The notes beneath the pieces are model-generated. The model was not told the origin of the DNA. It made no database searches and was given only the letters and a program-made list of their open reading frames with translations. A program made the translations under genes and the position numbers. Of a DNA stretch of 64,000 bases, positions 46,711 through 59,161 are shown piece after piece. The DNA comes from a virus (lineage: Duplodnaviria; Caudoviricetes). The DNA is taken from IMG/VR virus record IMGVR_UViG_3300023218_000062; one strand, written 5' to 3'. The first letter of the stretch is position 1. Every line of letters begins with the position of its first letter.

Positions 46711-47511
46711 TTAACGTTCGGGTGGATCTAAATCATCAACATCGAATAATGTTTTATACCCATCTTCCGCATCACCACCCCTAGCTGCAGCAGATTCTTT
46801 AAGCTCTTGTACGGAAGATATATCTAATTGTTCTAGAGTTTGTATCCTTGTTTTTATTTTTTGGATTATATTTTCTCGTATTAACACCGGAGCAGACATC
46901 CATGCCAAAAATTGAAATGTTAAAGTTGTTGATAATATTCTAGAATCATTTCCTGCTGGATAGTTTTCTTCTAGAGATATACCATTTAACCGAACATAAT
47001 TTAGCGCGGTCCAATCATCTGGATCATCAGATGTATTAAACTGTAATTCTGGCCGAAACATTAAAAATATTTGTTCAAGCAATTCGTACTTTTGATAAAT
47101 GTTGGATGCTAATATGTTAAGTTCCACACCAAAATAATATGGTATTGGCATCAATTTTGTAACAGTTTTTAAATCATCTGGAAATACTCCGCCGCGCGGG
47201 AATGTGACATGAGTATGAGTAGTTCCTTGTCCTTTCATTCTATCTGTGGCCATCTCTATGGCAGTTATGTGGGCTGCTATTGATGGTAATTTTACTGGAG
47301 TATTGGGATTATTATCGGCTAATATATGAGCTACTACACGATCTTTTGATCCGTGTACGACTGGTACTCGTATAAGGTTAGAATTTGATCCACTTTCGTT
47401 TTTTCCTGTTGAGACTTGAACCCCAGAAAATATAGCCATGAATTGAACAAGATATTTTTCTATTTGTGCTTGAAAATAATAATCGTTTAAGCTTGAGTTT
47501 TCAGTTGTCAT
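46711..47511 (-). CDS. tail terminator/sheath stabiliser (T4 gp15-like)
   Basis: YYFQAQIEKYLVQF.AIFS, RVPVVHG, LP.I, P.PY and Q.YELLEQI...F.P. Confidence 0.75.
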   Translation of the reverse strand: MTTENSSLNDYYFQAQIEKYLVQFMAIFSGVQVSTGKNESGSNSNLIRVPVVHGSKDRVVAHILADNNPNTPVKLPSIAAHITAIEMATDRMKGQGTTHTHVTFPRGGVFPDDLKTVTKLMPIPYYFGVELNILASNIYQKYELLEQIFLMFRPELQFNTSDDPDDWTALNYVRLNGISLEENYPAGNDSRILSTTLTFQFLAWMSAPVLIRENIIQKIKTRIQTLEQLDISSVQELKESAAARGGDAEDGYKTLFDVDDLDPPER

Positions 47512-47555
47512 GTTTAATATACGTTATATTGATATTATTTATGTGATTTTATTTT

Positions 47556-49747
47556 TTACGGTGGTGCATTTTTATATGGGTGGCCAGTAGGTAGTAGATT
47601 TTCTAAATTAAGCTTGTGCAGAGCCCACCCCTCCAACTTCTGGCGATCTGATTCACTCGGTGCTTGTGCTAGATAACCTCGCATTGCTATGTGGCCACTG
47701 AACCTGATGTTCCCCGATCCTAAATCAGCAGCGGCCGAACCATTTTGATTTTCAGTGTTGGCGGTTGTTTCCGCTCCACCATTGAGCCTAAGTCTTATAA
47801 GACCATCACTATACTCTTGGCCAGCCATCACCCACTGTGATAAAAGTATAGATTGTTCAGTAAACCTTGCGGATCCATCCCAATGATACGCAATAACATT
47901 CGGTCCTGAGCCTGTATCCCTCATCATCAAGTTGTGCCATCCAGCACTGTTGTCCCCAGATATGGCGGCATTAAACCATAACGTACCAAGATCAGATGCA
48001 TTCGTTGGCAAAAAACCGCCCAATCGTAGTAGCTGCCATCTATCGCGCCAACATCAAAACCGTTATCAAAATTCCCGGACATAGGAGTCCCAGTAGAAAA
48101 CTCAGCAACGTCGCCAACAGTCGAGTCATTGACAAGCGCTACGCCGGAGGATGCACCGAACGTAAATGAACCACCATTAACATCTTGTAGTTGTGTCAGA
48201 TTTGTACCATCGTCGGTTCTAAAGTTTTGTTCAGTGGTATCGAACCATATAGAACCAGATATATCGGCAGGTGTCCATGTGCCACCCACGACACTCTCAG
48301 ATACTGATGGTGTAGGTGTAGGCGTAGCACTCTCAGATACTGATGGTGTAGGAGTTGGTGTAGCACTCTCAGATACTCATGGTGTAGGTGTAGCACTCTC
48401 AGATACTGATGGTGTAGGAGTTGGTGTAGGTATTACGTTTACATCCGACCCGATTTGGAAATATTCTTTCCCATCTTGTATTATACTAAGTTGATCTGAA
48501 CTAGGATCTTCTATAGGAAAACTTATTATAGTCGATGTGGGATCTGTATCATCATATGTAAATGTTTCATCCCATTGACGTATTTTAAGTGCTTGTGCTA
48601 TACGATCTATTCTACATGCAAAAGCATTTATTGCATCTTGACTGCCTGCAAATGCTAGCCCAACTATTTTTTTAACACCATTAAATTCTGCTATTAGTGC
48701 AGATCCAGAATCTCCACCATCAATTATGCCATCACTCCCGTCAGAATGTTGGTAATGTATTATATCCCCGAATGGAATTGAAAAACTCCCATTATCAAAT
48801 CCCACATTTATATTAACGCTCAATCCTACCGCTTCTATTGTGCAGGCAGGATCTGTTCCCCATCCCTTTGGTCCTGTTGTTCGTCCCACAGAAAACATTT
48901 TCGGTTTGGGAGAATCTAATAAACTGTCTATTTCTAACGTAGATGCAAATGGTAAAAATTCGTTGGATTCAGTCACTCCCGAAGGATGGTGTATTTTGAA
49001 CGAATCAGTTTCACTTATATTTTGTGGATTCATTATAAGCAGTGCAACATCTACATAATTCATTCCACCGTCATTGCGAATAGGGTGATATCTTTTAATA
49101 TCAGATGATACACTAATAATGTTATCTGCGAATCCAGTTCCGCTTCTTGCTCTCGCAGACGAAGAGTATGGTTGGCCATCCACAGGCCAATTAAATTCTT
49201 TTTTTGTATTATATGGATTATTACTTTCTTCATTTTTATCTCGATTTGAAGTAAATAATAATTTATCTACTACAACATGGGCATTAGTTACACCTACAAT
49301 TTTATCATCTATATTATCCACTCCAAAAAATCCTAAAGTCCCAAGACTGAAACCCGTCGGCGCTCCTGAAGAATTAACTGCCCAATCAAGCGGAAACTTT
49401 ATTATTTCTTGGCCGCCCTTTAACGGTGTAATTAATGATGGGTTTCCTCGTAATTTCAGTATATCTGGGTCATTAGGGTCAGAAAAACATCCCATGAATT
49501 TTATATCGGCTATTTCTTTAACATCAGTTTTAATTCTCATTCCGTCGATTTCGAGTTCTTCGGGAACTATTTCAGAAGGTGATAGTTGATTTAGAGGTTT
49601 TTTTTCAGAAACACTTACTCTTATACATATCTCTTCTGTTTTTTCCCCATTTTTTTCTTTTCTGGAGATTGATATAGATTTACAATTGTATTTATTTTCT
49701 TTAAAGAGTTTTTCTATTCTGTTTTTTATGTTTTTATTGATATCCAT
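47556..49747 (-). pseudogene. trypsin-like serine protease, Pro/Thr/Ser linker and LamG-like domain, split by a TGA and a frameshift
   Basis: Triad TNAHV/DVAL/GDSGS in 48377-49747; a TCA>TGA change in one repeat copy (48377-48379) is in frame with 47927-48289; a shift at the A6 run near 48010-48015 leads into 47556-48023. Confidence 0.75.
48290..48431 (-). repeat. (TP)nSVSESA coding repeat
   Basis: Same DNA unit on the minus strand. Confidence 0.9.
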
Positions 49748-49750
49748 TTT

Positions 49751-52700
49751 TTAATTCTCCCATGTTATAAAAATAGTAGAGATTCCACTTAAATTTGATG
49801 GTGTAGGTGTAGGTGTCGGTGTCGTGGGTGTAGCACTGTTAGATATTGATGGTGTTGGAGTAGGAGTAGGAGTTGTGCTCTCAGATACTGATGGTGTCGG
49901 AGTTGGTGTGGCACTCTCAGATACTGATGGTGTTGGCGTTACTGTTGGCGTAGGGCTGAAGCCACTGCTTTGTGTAGGCGTGGGTGTAGGAGTTGGCGTA
50001 GTAGGTGACAGTAATGGTGTTGAACTTGGGTTTGGCAACATTACGCTGTTATTTTCACCACATTCAAATTCTGATGCAAATACTTGTAATATATCTTCAT
50101 CGTTTGATTCATTTAAAGACACACGATTTGATACATCAATGGATACCCAAGATGTTTTAAATATATCAGGATGCTTCTTATTAAGTGAAACTGAACGTTC
50201 TAATAATTCAAAGAATATATCATTTATTTCTGATGGTGTAAATGATTCATATATAGATTTATAAAAATCTCTAATGTCTTCAATTCTTTCTAAATCAAAT
50301 TTATCTACAAATTCTTCGATATCAACTTGCTGCCATTCTCTTGAAGGATCAAATAATATATCCATAGTCAAATTTATAATTTCAGATTTATCCATAAGAA
50401 CTCTACCATTATACATTCCAACTCTAGTAGTGGCACCATCTACTAAAGTGTCAAAGCGAATTCTGCTTTCGCTAGGAAGAAGAGATTCCATATCAATATC
50501 AAAGTCATCATTAAGTACGACTCTTTCAGTAGAAGCTTCTATAACTTTTTTCCATAATAATCTATCTACCCTAGATGATTGGTTTTTCCTAATTAATTTC
50601 CATGACCAATGTTTGTTACTTAATTTGAGATTTTTATTGTTCATTCTATCGCGTAGAGTATAGTCTTTACTAAGACGCAATATATAATTATTATTATCTT
50701 TTACTGTTCTGCTAAGACCTTTAATTGTAACTAAAGAGAATCTTGTGGGTAATGTGTTATCCTCTGGATCATATGTACTTCCAAATAATACGCCATACCC
50801 AGTTCCTTCATCTCTAAATCCGTGTATTATAGCGAACGGCTCTGACATTATTTTATATTCTCGTTCCGCATCAAATAATGTTAACGCTGTATCTTCTAAC
50901 AACTTTTCTGAGCGCATGTCAGATACCCAATAAAAATATACATACTCTTCTTCTAACGAGTTTACATTAAATTTTCTAACTCTAGTGTGTGGATATATTA
51001 TAATATATTTTTGTTCTTCTATTTCTTCATCAGTTGGCTCATGCGGCTCTTTAACAAGAGTTAACATGTCTTTTTGTTGTATATTTCCATCAGTTATTTC
51101 ATCATTTATCATACCTTCTAAAACTGTTGGAGTATCATATATTATTTGCTGAAAAAATTTTCCGTTAACATATACATCTAGCACATCTCCGGATGAGAAC
51201 ATATGTGTATCGCGAGTTTCTTCATATCCTGTTATCGGAAATTTACTAACTACTGTAATCTCTTCTTTCCATATGGGTTCTTGTAACGTTCCGATATTCT
51301 TATAGACTATTCTTCTAGGAGATCCAGTAATCTTTTCCGATAGTTCTATTCTTCTATTTTCATCTTCTTTAACCCGTTCTACATATTCTTCGGGTGAAAG
51401 ACTTGTGCTTATCCATTTGTAAAAAGTCACATCGCCAAAATCTTCTAATTGGCCCCATACTAAGCTTCTTTCATCCTCTGTTAAATAAATATTTTCGTCA
51501 AAATATGGTTTATAAAATTTTCTAGATGTATCTGCCCATACTTTTCCAACTTGTTTTGTATTCCAGTGGTTTTGTGACACTCGATCTTCATTTAGGTCAT
51601 TTGTATATTTTGCCGGGTCAGTTGGTCTCTCTATATCTATTGGAAACTCTCCAAGGGGGTTATGTTGGTCTAACGCTGGGTTCCATATCGGGATTTCTTT
51701 CAATACCTTTTCAGGTCTAGTAGTTTCAATTAAACGCAATGGATTTTCTTCCTCATATGCATATGTTAGTGTTATTATTGTAACATTTTCCCATTGGTCG
51801 AAATCATCGGCTATAAACTCTAAAATTGTAGAATTTATAAATCTAAATGATAAACCTTCACTAGCATTTTTTTCTTTTCCATCCAAAATATAGGTTACTA
51901 TAGCTCCATATGCTGGTTTTGATAATTCTACAGATTTATACCCTGTACCTCTTTGGAACGGCGTAAATTTCGCAATACTCTCGGCGTTAAATATAATTTC
52001 TTGTTCTTTGGCATCGAAAAAATATCCATTATGTGGCTTCATTAATTCAATTACATCTGGGAGATTATTCCACCTATCTACGTCATTTAATCTGATGGCA
52101 ACCGCATTTCTGGTTAATAGACCACCTGTTGGTGGGGCAAATTCAAGTCGTAGTTCTTTTTTAACTACATCGTCAGTTTTTAGTTTTATTTCCGGATAGG
52201 CTTTTCTCTTGGAATCACCAAATTCACATAGTCTATATGCCCAATATTCATCTACACTGACATTATCTAATAGTCTATGTCCGGTAAATGCTGATAAAGA
52301 GTTGTTTGTCCCTTTATTTTGTATAAATGATTTCCAAAATATAAACTGAGATTTTTCATCTATTCCAAGATCAAACATAAATTGATCTGGCCCGCCATAC
52401 CCAACAGACTCTTTTGCTTTTATAGCCGTTTTATCCGTTTCTATTGATTTGTATGGATCATAATAATATCGTATATCTTCTATAGATTTTTCTATACTAT
52501 CTATTAAAGATTCATTATTTAATACTAATCCTCCAACGCTGGGTCTTCCGGTTTTATTTTTAGGTTTTAAATATTCTAACAGAACTCTAGGTGTTGCTAT
52601 ACCTAAAAACGAATCATATATTAATTTACCGCCGGTAGTATATGAGTCAAAATTGCATATATGTCCAACATCAAATAACGATATGCTCCCGCCGCCTATA

Positions 52701-55700
52701 TTTTTATCGGTTTCCTCAGTTACCATTATTTTTGATTTGGTATCTTTTCGATACAGTAAAACATCTTCTAAATCTAAGCGTATTAGATTTGTATCAAACA
52801 AAGAATGCTTTTGGAAAATATTGGATGATGTGTTTGATTGCGTATAAGACTCTAAAATTCCTGTTTCGTGTTTTACAGAAAATTGATTTTTATATGGGTT
52901 TAATATCCTATTAGGGAACTTTTTATTTTTTCTGAATATGCTAATCGTTATATTTCCACTGCCACTATTAAATTTTATATTTTTACCACTGAGAGCATCT
53001 CTTTCAGTAAATGCTAGCTGAATATTTCCACTATTTGTGATTATTACATAGTATGGGATAAAACTATTAAATGGTGATTTTAATTCATTCGGAACCACTC
53101 CGGTACCATTATTACTTTCATTAATAGAAACTCTATCGCCGGTTGAATATATAATTTCGGTTCTTGGTATAAAAGAATCAGTATTAACGTCTACGTCAGC
53201 TTCTATAGATGGCGTAGAATTCAAATTTGCCAATAATAGTTTGTTAGCCCATGATATATATTTTTCTACCTCTACTTGCCAACTGTTTCCTCTACCGGTT
53301 TCTTCATCTATATTGTCTTGTCTTTGGTTTTCTGATATTACACCGATATATTCGAGATAGTCATTATAGCCTAGGATGAAATCCACTAAGTTTTGTAATC
53401 TGGATATTATGATATTACCAGTATATTCATGCACGGTTCTAGTGTCTGGTTCATAGTGTCTGAAGGGTACGTCTGGATCCCCGCCCAGAGGTCTGAATGT
53501 TCTCAAGAGATTTCCGATCCAAAAGCTTCCAGCGCCGGTAGATAAATTTTTCAATGATTCATTATCCAGAGCTTTATTTTGCGTCTCTGCAATACGAAAA
53601 GTAAAATCATTTAATTTAATAATATAATATGGTTTATTTTTATCCAATGCACCGGGCAACACTCCATCAGTATCCAAATATACTTCTTGGCCTGTTTCCC
53701 ATGGAATGGTAATAGAATTTTCTGGTATTATTATTCCATCAATAATGTCAGAAGAAAGCATTACATTTTCTTCTACTCGTATAGAGGTTGTAATATTGTC
53801 TCTAGAAAACAATACCGACTCTACGGTATATGTTCCATTGAAGTTTTGAGAGTTTTGTATTTCTATGGTATCTCCCACTTTGAAGTATCTAGTTTGGTTT
53901 CCTTGTAACACAAATACTTTTTTAAATTCTAATGGTGCTAATCCTGAAGTTGAGGCAAAACCCCCTTTTATGTTTGAAAAAAGCGTATCTGATGCAACAG
54001 AAATGCTTGACACATTGGGGTCAGTGTTATTACTTTCTATTACAATAGACCCACTTTCTAAAAAGACAATAGCATTTTCAAGCTGGTTGTTCAGTGATTC
54101 GATTACTGTTTTAATATCAGGTGGATTTTGAGAATTACCTGCCACAAATACAGTGGTAGATATTTGTCCATCTATTTCTATTTCAGCGTGATAATTTGAT
54201 GTTAAATTTGTTATAGTATTAAAAGACAAGGCATCGCTATAAGTAGCTCTCCAGAATCCTTTGGTACTAGATATTTCAGCATCCTGTAATACATATGATG
54301 AAATTCCAAAATTTGAATCAGTTAGTTGTCTGAATTCATAATTTTGTGGATGAAATGTTTCAAGAGACGTACCTTTTCTAGGTGTTTTTGCTTCTAATTC
54401 AAATACCCAATTACTACTGTCATATACTGACCTTATAGCTCTAGAAGGGATTTTTCTTATAGAAGCTTTTATGGAAGAAAATATTTTATTTTCTTTGGTA
54501 TTATCTGTTATTATATCAACTGAAAAATCTTTATTAGTTATATCAATTGGATCACCCTGAACTTTTAATGTAGTATCATTAATGAAAGTATTAAACAAAT
54601 GTGATAATCTAGGTTCCCATGTTCTCCATATAGTTCTGTATAGAGAAGAAGCCCCATCCAACTCGTTAAATCTATTATGGTGTACAATCCACTGTTGAAT
54701 ACCATGTAATACCTGTGGTACCCCCTTATATTGTTCACCATGAAATATAGTATTTTTATGAGACTCTATTTGATGTGTTTTGGTATCTACCATTAAACAA
54801 TCTACTGATTGAAGTTGATTTCCATAAGATTTACTAAAAAATCTTATGGGGTCTAATTTATATGAAATTTTTATTCTAGAATATAAGTAATTTATAGAAT
54901 TTTTCCATTCCCACTCTTTATGACCATCTTGGCCAAATAAAAAATCTGCATTAGGGGTTTTTATAAATTCTTGACTTGACTTATCGAATATGGGCTTAAA
55001 TTTTGGTTCATTGGACAATGAACCATCCCAATATGGTGGTATGAGTTGATCTGGTAATATTTCATTAATAATATCGTTAGTTATATTTACTGGGACATAT
55101 GAATAAGCATATTCAGCTTCTCCAGAATTTCCGCTCGAAATATTTCCATTTGGTAGCTTTTCACCTGTTGGTACTACTCCAGATAAAACATTTTCCCACA
55201 TGAAACGGTTCCATTTAGCTAAAGATAAGGGTTCTACATTTAAATATACCGAATCCCACCACGAAGGTTTATTATCATAGCCTTGCATTCTCCATGGCTC
55301 CATGTTAGGGAATGGAGTATTAAATAATTTTTCGTATAGTGCTTGCCAAGAACCTTTTGATGTTGTAGAAGCCTCTCCCAAAACTGGATGATTTTCTACA
55401 GTATTGTTTACGTAATTCCATGTGAACGGATCAGAGCTATCAAATATATCATTTTGTAAAGCCTGTTCTCCACAAAAATAATTCAAAAATTCTTTTCTTT
55501 CTAAATTGAAGAATTTTTCTGTTCCTTTAACCCAACTGATATCATATTGTTTGTTTACAGTTTCAGATATTTTTTTAGATACTTCATATAATTTATTTTC
55601 TACTTCTAATATATAATCAGCTATTAGCCTTTCTAAGTCTATAAAATTCCATGATGCGTTCTCAACAACATATAAATCAACCGCGTTTTCTATTGAATTC

Positions 55701-58700
55701 CCTCTTATTAAAAAATCCCCCTCAGAGAAATTTAAAATATTAGGAAATGGATCATTAACTGACGTGATTTTTTGTTTATTCTTTGTCAGTTTTTGGAAAG
55801 TTCTTATTTTTTCAGAAAGATTAAGTTTTACTATGGCTCTATGCCCATCATGGTGTAATATAGACCATGAATCTCTAATCTTGTATAATTGTGGCTCATA
55901 GAAGTTAGTTAGACGTATTACACTAGATGTAGCAATAATATTTGCTATGCCACTTTCATCGAAATAAGATGTTGAATCACCAAAAATCCTATCTAATCTA
56001 AAATCATTTTTGATGTATTCTATTATAGTAGATGGTGTGATATTTTTTTCTAGGATTTCTGGTAATATATCTAATACCCTGTTTTCTATTGCAAATAATA
56101 TATTTTGATATTGAGAACCTGCAAAATCTATAACATCGTTTACACTCACATTTCCTGAAGTTAATGCCGAAATTAATAAATCCCAATTTCCATTATGTTC
56201 TTTTATGGTCCCACCGATTCCCTCATTTATGTATGCTAACGCATGAAATATATTTTGAGAATTTCCGATAAGCATCGGATCACTTTGCACCAATTCTATT
56301 GTTCTAAAATGTCGGAAAACATCTATTAAACTAATTTCTTTTTCCAGCTTATGTTCTATATTGTAAAACCACGGATTAGGGATGTCCCAATCGGGTCCTA
56401 CCTTCTGTGGAACATATTGTTCATTTTTTCTGCCACGCCTCCAAATAGATTTTATTACACCATCTGTCAAATCTTTATAGCAAAGAAGGGTGCCATCTTC
56501 TTCTATTAATCCATGCTCAAATATAAAATCACTAGAATTTCTTTTTGTGGCTAATCTCCTAAAAACATAATTGTTTATAATAGCGTCATTTGATTCCTTA
56601 AACCAAAATATAGAATTGGATTTCTTTAGTGGATTTCCAAATATATCATACAATTTAAATTGTGGATATTGATTAATCTGCGTTTTGTTTTGTTCTACTC
56701 TACGATCATCTGAAATATTATAAGCATCTATTCCATAATCGGTTAGAACATTTACATCTTTTTTACCTATATCCTCTTTAAAATATTCTCCTAATTCGAT
56801 CCTAATTCTATCATCAGGCCCAGTTATTATATTTTCATCCAATTCTATATGGGTAGTATATTTACTATTAATACTTCCTTCATTAAAACGATCAAATATT
56901 CTTTCACCATTGATGTATACTCGTAAGTCTCCTTCTTGAAAATCTTCAAATAAACATATATTATGTAAACTCGGGTCAAATTCTAATCGCAGTCCTGCAT
57001 ATTCATTTATTGGATTAAACTCTTGGAAATTTAGTCCAATTATGCTTTCATATTCTTCTCCATTAGTATTTGTTGCAGTATACGAATTTATTACTTCAAA
57101 TAGCATAGGGTTAATTTCTTTATCTACGCTGCTCGAAGTTATTTCTTTAACGCCATTAAATATCCAATGATCATGATTGGGGTCAAACACATCTCCTTTA
57201 CTAGTGCGGCTGGGATAAATCAATGCCCCGGCTGGAGAATCTGAAAGATTAAAAAAAGATCCTAATATTTCAATTTCAGTGACATATCTTTGGTTAGGTT
57301 CAGGTTGTATGAATCTAACATCTTCTACTATGTACGTCGCATTATTATTATCAAATCCGGCAAATACTATCTTATCTCCGGAAGTAATATGTGATTCCAT
57401 GTTACCATATTTTTCTGGTAATCTAACTGTACTTGGCCCTGTATAGTCTAATTTATTGTCATTGTCTAATTCTATATTAGCTATTTCAAAAAGGGTTGGA
57501 CCTTCTTCAGTTGCTATATGAGTTTCGGATACAGAAGGTGAATATTTCCAATTATATGAAAAACTAGAAAACGCTGATAACTCAAGATATGATTCATATT
57601 CAATAATTGGCATTGCTGCTTGACGACTCAGTGATAAAGTACTTAGCTGATTTTTATGTGCCCAGTGATTATTTCGCGTCCAATCATTTTCTTCTAAATC
57701 GTTTATATTATCACTAAAATTTAATAATATAGAAAAATTTAAAATTTTATTTATCCACTGCCCTTCTACATATTGTTTTAATATATCATTAGAGTTGGTA
57801 TCATGCCAAAAATCATTTTCTGCAACTGTTGTTTTTTCTTCTAAATCAATTTCCCTAAAAATTGTAAATTCTTGATTATGTGCTGTAAAAAAATCCATGT
57901 TCCCATTAATGGTTATGCTGTTACTAGTATAAGAGTTTATTGTATAGGTACCTTTATTAGGCCCAGTTTCTATACTTATTTTATAAGATAAATTTGGGTC
58001 TAATACTGTAGTCAAATCTATATTATTTTGAATTATTGTGGATGCCCCTAAAACAGTATCTCCAGAAGTTGATAGTATTTTATTTTTCTTTATCCATATA
58101 GCTTTACCTATATCAAACACATCACTTTCTTGCACGGTAATTGCACGATTAGAATTTTTTAGATGTAAATATTTTTCTAATTCAAACGTAATTATAGGAT
58201 GTAATGAAATTTTTAAATAATTTTGTCCAATTAAATCATCTGAAAATACTAATGTTGTTATATTTGTTGTCGTATCGAAAAATACTTCTTTTACAATAGC
58301 AAGCTCTTGTATACTATTTTCAGTTGAATATAATGCAATAATCTGCCCTTCATTTATTTCTTGTAGATCTGAGCCTATTACAGAAACACTATTATTAGAA
58401 ATTGTGTGTATTGAAAAATCTAATTTAACATATTCAAAAAATCCAGAAAACTCTGGAACTATATTGTCATCTACTCTAGTAAGAGTTGTATCACTTTTTC
58501 TCACTAAGGTTCTTGTATTTTTATTAGTATCAAATACTATAAACAATCCGTCATCTTCATTGGCAATAATAGTATAAATGGAATTTGCGGATTTCGTATT
58601 TTGAACAACATTGAAAATTGAATTCTTCAATTGTTCAAAACGACCTTTTGAGTTATTTTTTTCGCTTTTGATGGTTATATATTCTGGAGAAGAATTTTGA

Positions 58701-59119
58701 TCTGTCCAATAATAATCTTGAAAGTTTATTATTTTATCAATATCAATAGGTGGATAAAAATTGAATTGAAGTGTTTTCCCCCATTCTTCAAAAGTGTCTA
58801 TATTAATACCTTCATTTTCTAGGGTCCTCATGAATTGTTCAAATGTTAAAAATTCAGAGTTATTTCCGGTTTTCTTTTTTATAACTGGTTGTAATTGATT
58901 TTTCTTAAGAAATTCTCTATTTTCGGGTATTTTGTTTAATATTGCATTCTGCTTTTCGCGACCTACATAACCGGTTACCTTCTCAAAATTTCTCTTAGTG
59001 AAAAATCTATTGAATATATTATCTGATATACCTTCTAATACATCAGTTCTAATATGTTCTGGTATAAGAGACGTAGCATCTACTACTTCTCCGGTTTTGT
59101 AATCATTATTTCTTGGCAT
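49751..59119 (-). CDS. giant (3122 aa) baseplate/virion structural protein with Pro/Thr/Ser tail
   Basis: Lies next to gp6- and gp25-like genes; [14 protein letters not shown] and [14 protein letters not shown] segments; function inferred from synteny. Confidence 0.7.
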   Translation of the reverse strand: MPRNNDYKTGEVVDATSLIPEHIRTDVLEGISDNIFNRFFTKRNFEKVTGYVGREKQNAILNKIPENREFLKKNQLQPVIKKKTGNNSEFLTFEQFMRTLENEGINIDTFEEWGKTLQFNFYPPIDIDKIINFQDYYWTDQNSSPEYITIKSEKNNSKGRFEQLKNSIFNVVQNTKSANSIYTIIANEDDGLFIVFDTNKNTRTLVRKSDTTLTRVDDNIVPEFSGFFEYVKLDFSIHTISNNSVSVIGSDLQEINEGQIIALYSTENSIQELAIVKEVFFDTTTNITTLVFSDDLIGQNYLKISLHPIITFELEKYLHLKNSNRAITVQESDVFDIGKAIWIKKNKILSTSGDTVLGASTIIQNNIDLTTVLDPNLSYKISIETGPNKGTYTINSYTSNSITINGNMDFFTAHNQEFTIFREIDLEEKTTVAENDFWHDTNSNDILKQYVEGQWINKILNFSILLNFSDNINDLEENDWTRNNHWAHKNQLSTLSLSRQAAMPIIEYESYLELSAFSSFSYNWKYSPSVSETHIATEEGPTLFEIANIELDNDNKLDYTGPSTVRLPEKYGNMESHITSGDKIVFAGFDNNNATYIVEDVRFIQPEPNQRYVTEIEILGSFFNLSDSPAGALIYPSRTSKGDVFDPNHDHWIFNGVKEITSSSVDKEINPMLFEVINSYTATNTNGEEYESIIGLNFQEFNPINEYAGLRLEFDPSLHNICLFEDFQEGDLRVYINGERIFDRFNEGSINSKYTTHIELDENIITGPDDRIRIELGEYFKEDIGKKDVNVLTDYGIDAYNISDDRRVEQNKTQINQYPQFKLYDIFGNPLKKSNSIFWFKESNDAIINNYVFRRLATKRNSSDFIFEHGLIEEDGTLLCYKDLTDGVIKSIWRRGRKNEQYVPQKVGPDWDIPNPWFYNIEHKLEKEISLIDVFRHFRTIELVQSDPMLIGNSQNIFHALAYINEGIGGTIKEHNGNWDLLISALTSGNVSVNDVIDFAGSQYQNILFAIENRVLDILPEILEKNITPSTIIEYIKNDFRLDRIFGDSTSYFDESGIANIIATSSVIRLTNFYEPQLYKIRDSWSILHHDGHRAIVKLNLSEKIRTFQKLTKNKQKITSVNDPFPNILNFSEGDFLIRGNSIENAVDLYVVENASWNFIDLERLIADYILEVENKLYEVSKKISETVNKQYDISWVKGTEKFFNLERKEFLNYFCGEQALQNDIFDSSDPFTWNYVNNTVENHPVLGEASTTSKGSWQALYEKLFNTPFPNMEPWRMQGYDNKPSWWDSVYLNVEPLSLAKWNRFMWENVLSGVVPTGEKLPNGNISSGNSGEAEYAYSYVPVNITNDIINEILPDQLIPPYWDGSLSNEPKFKPIFDKSSQEFIKTPNADFLFGQDGHKEWEWKNSINYLYSRIKISYKLDPIRFFSKSYGNQLQSVDCLMVDTKTHQIESHKNTIFHGEQYKGVPQVLHGIQQWIVHHNRFNELDGASSLYRTIWRTWEPRLSHLFNTFINDTTLKVQGDPIDITNKDFSVDIITDNTKENKIFSSIKASIRKIPSRAIRSVYDSSNWVFELEAKTPRKGTSLETFHPQNYEFRQLTDSNFGISSYVLQDAEISSTKGFWRATYSDALSFNTITNLTSNYHAEIEIDGQISTTVFVAGNSQNPPDIKTVIESLNNQLENAIVFLESGSIVIESNNTDPNVSSISVASDTLFSNIKGGFASTSGLAPLEFKKVFVLQGNQTRYFKVGDTIEIQNSQNFNGTYTVESVLFSRDNITTSIRVEENVMLSSDIIDGIIIPENSITIPWETGQEVYLDTDGVLPGALDKNKPYYIIKLNDFTFRIAETQNKALDNESLKNLSTGAGSFWIGNLLRTFRPLGGDPDVPFRHYEPDTRTVHEYTGNIIISRLQNLVDFILGYNDYLEYIGVISENQRQDNIDEETGRGNSWQVEVEKYISWANKLLLANLNSTPSIEADVDVNTDSFIPRTEIIYSTGDRVSINESNNGTGVVPNELKSPFNSFIPYYVIITNSGNIQLAFTERDALSGKNIKFNSGSGNITISIFRKNKKFPNRILNPYKNQFSVKHETGILESYTQSNTSSNIFQKHSLFDTNLIRLDLEDVLLYRKDTKSKIMVTEETDKNIGGGSISLFDVGHICNFDSYTTGGKLIYDSFLGIATPRVLLEYLKPKNKTGRPSVGGLVLNNESLIDSIEKSIEDIRYYYDPYKSIETDKTAIKAKESVGYGGPDQFMFDLGIDEKSQFIFWKSFIQNKGTNNSLSAFTGHRLLDNVSVDEYWAYRLCEFGDSKRKAYPEIKLKTDDVVKKELRLEFAPPTGGLLTRNAVAIRLNDVDRWNNLPDVIELMKPHNGYFFDAKEQEIIFNAESIAKFTPFQRGTGYKSVELSKPAYGAIVTYILDGKEKNASEGLSFRFINSTILEFIADDFDQWENVTIITLTYAYEEENPLRLIETTRPEKVLKEIPIWNPALDQHNPLGEFPIDIERPTDPAKYTNDLNEDRVSQNHWNTKQVGKVWADTSRKFYKPYFDENIYLTEDERSLVWGQLEDFGDVTFYKWISTSLSPEEYVERVKEDENRRIELSEKITGSPRRIVYKNIGTLQEPIWKEEITVVSKFPITGYEETRDTHMFSSGDVLDVYVNGKFFQQIIYDTPTVLEGMINDEITDGNIQQKDMLTLVKEPHEPTDEEIEEQKYIIIYPHTRVRKFNVNSLEEEYVYFYWVSDMRSEKLLEDTALTLFDAEREYKIMSEPFAIIHGFRDEGTGYGVLFGSTYDPEDNTLPTRFSLVTIKGLSRTVKDNNNYILRLSKDYTLRDRMNNKNLKLSNKHWSWKLIRKNQSSRVDRLLWKKVIEASTERVVLNDDFDIDMESLLPSESRIRFDTLVDGATTRVGMYNGRVLMDKSEIINLTMDILFDPSREWQQVDIEEFVDKFDLERIEDIRDFYKSIYESFTPSEINDIFFELLERSVSLNKKHPDIFKTSWVSIDVSNRVSLNESNDEDILQVFASEFECGENNSVMLPNPSSTPLLSPTTPTPTPTPTQSSGFSPTPTVTPTPSVSESATPTPTPSVSESTTPTPTPTPSISNSATPTTPTPTPTPSNLSGISTIFITWEN
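49797..50010 (-). repeat. Pro/Thr/Ser coding repeat (more diverged copy)
   Basis: [14 protein letters not shown] units at the C-terminus of the giant protein. Confidence 0.85.
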
Positions 59120-59161
59120 TATTTCTTGACGTTACTTTTAATTGTATTGTAGATTTATTTA

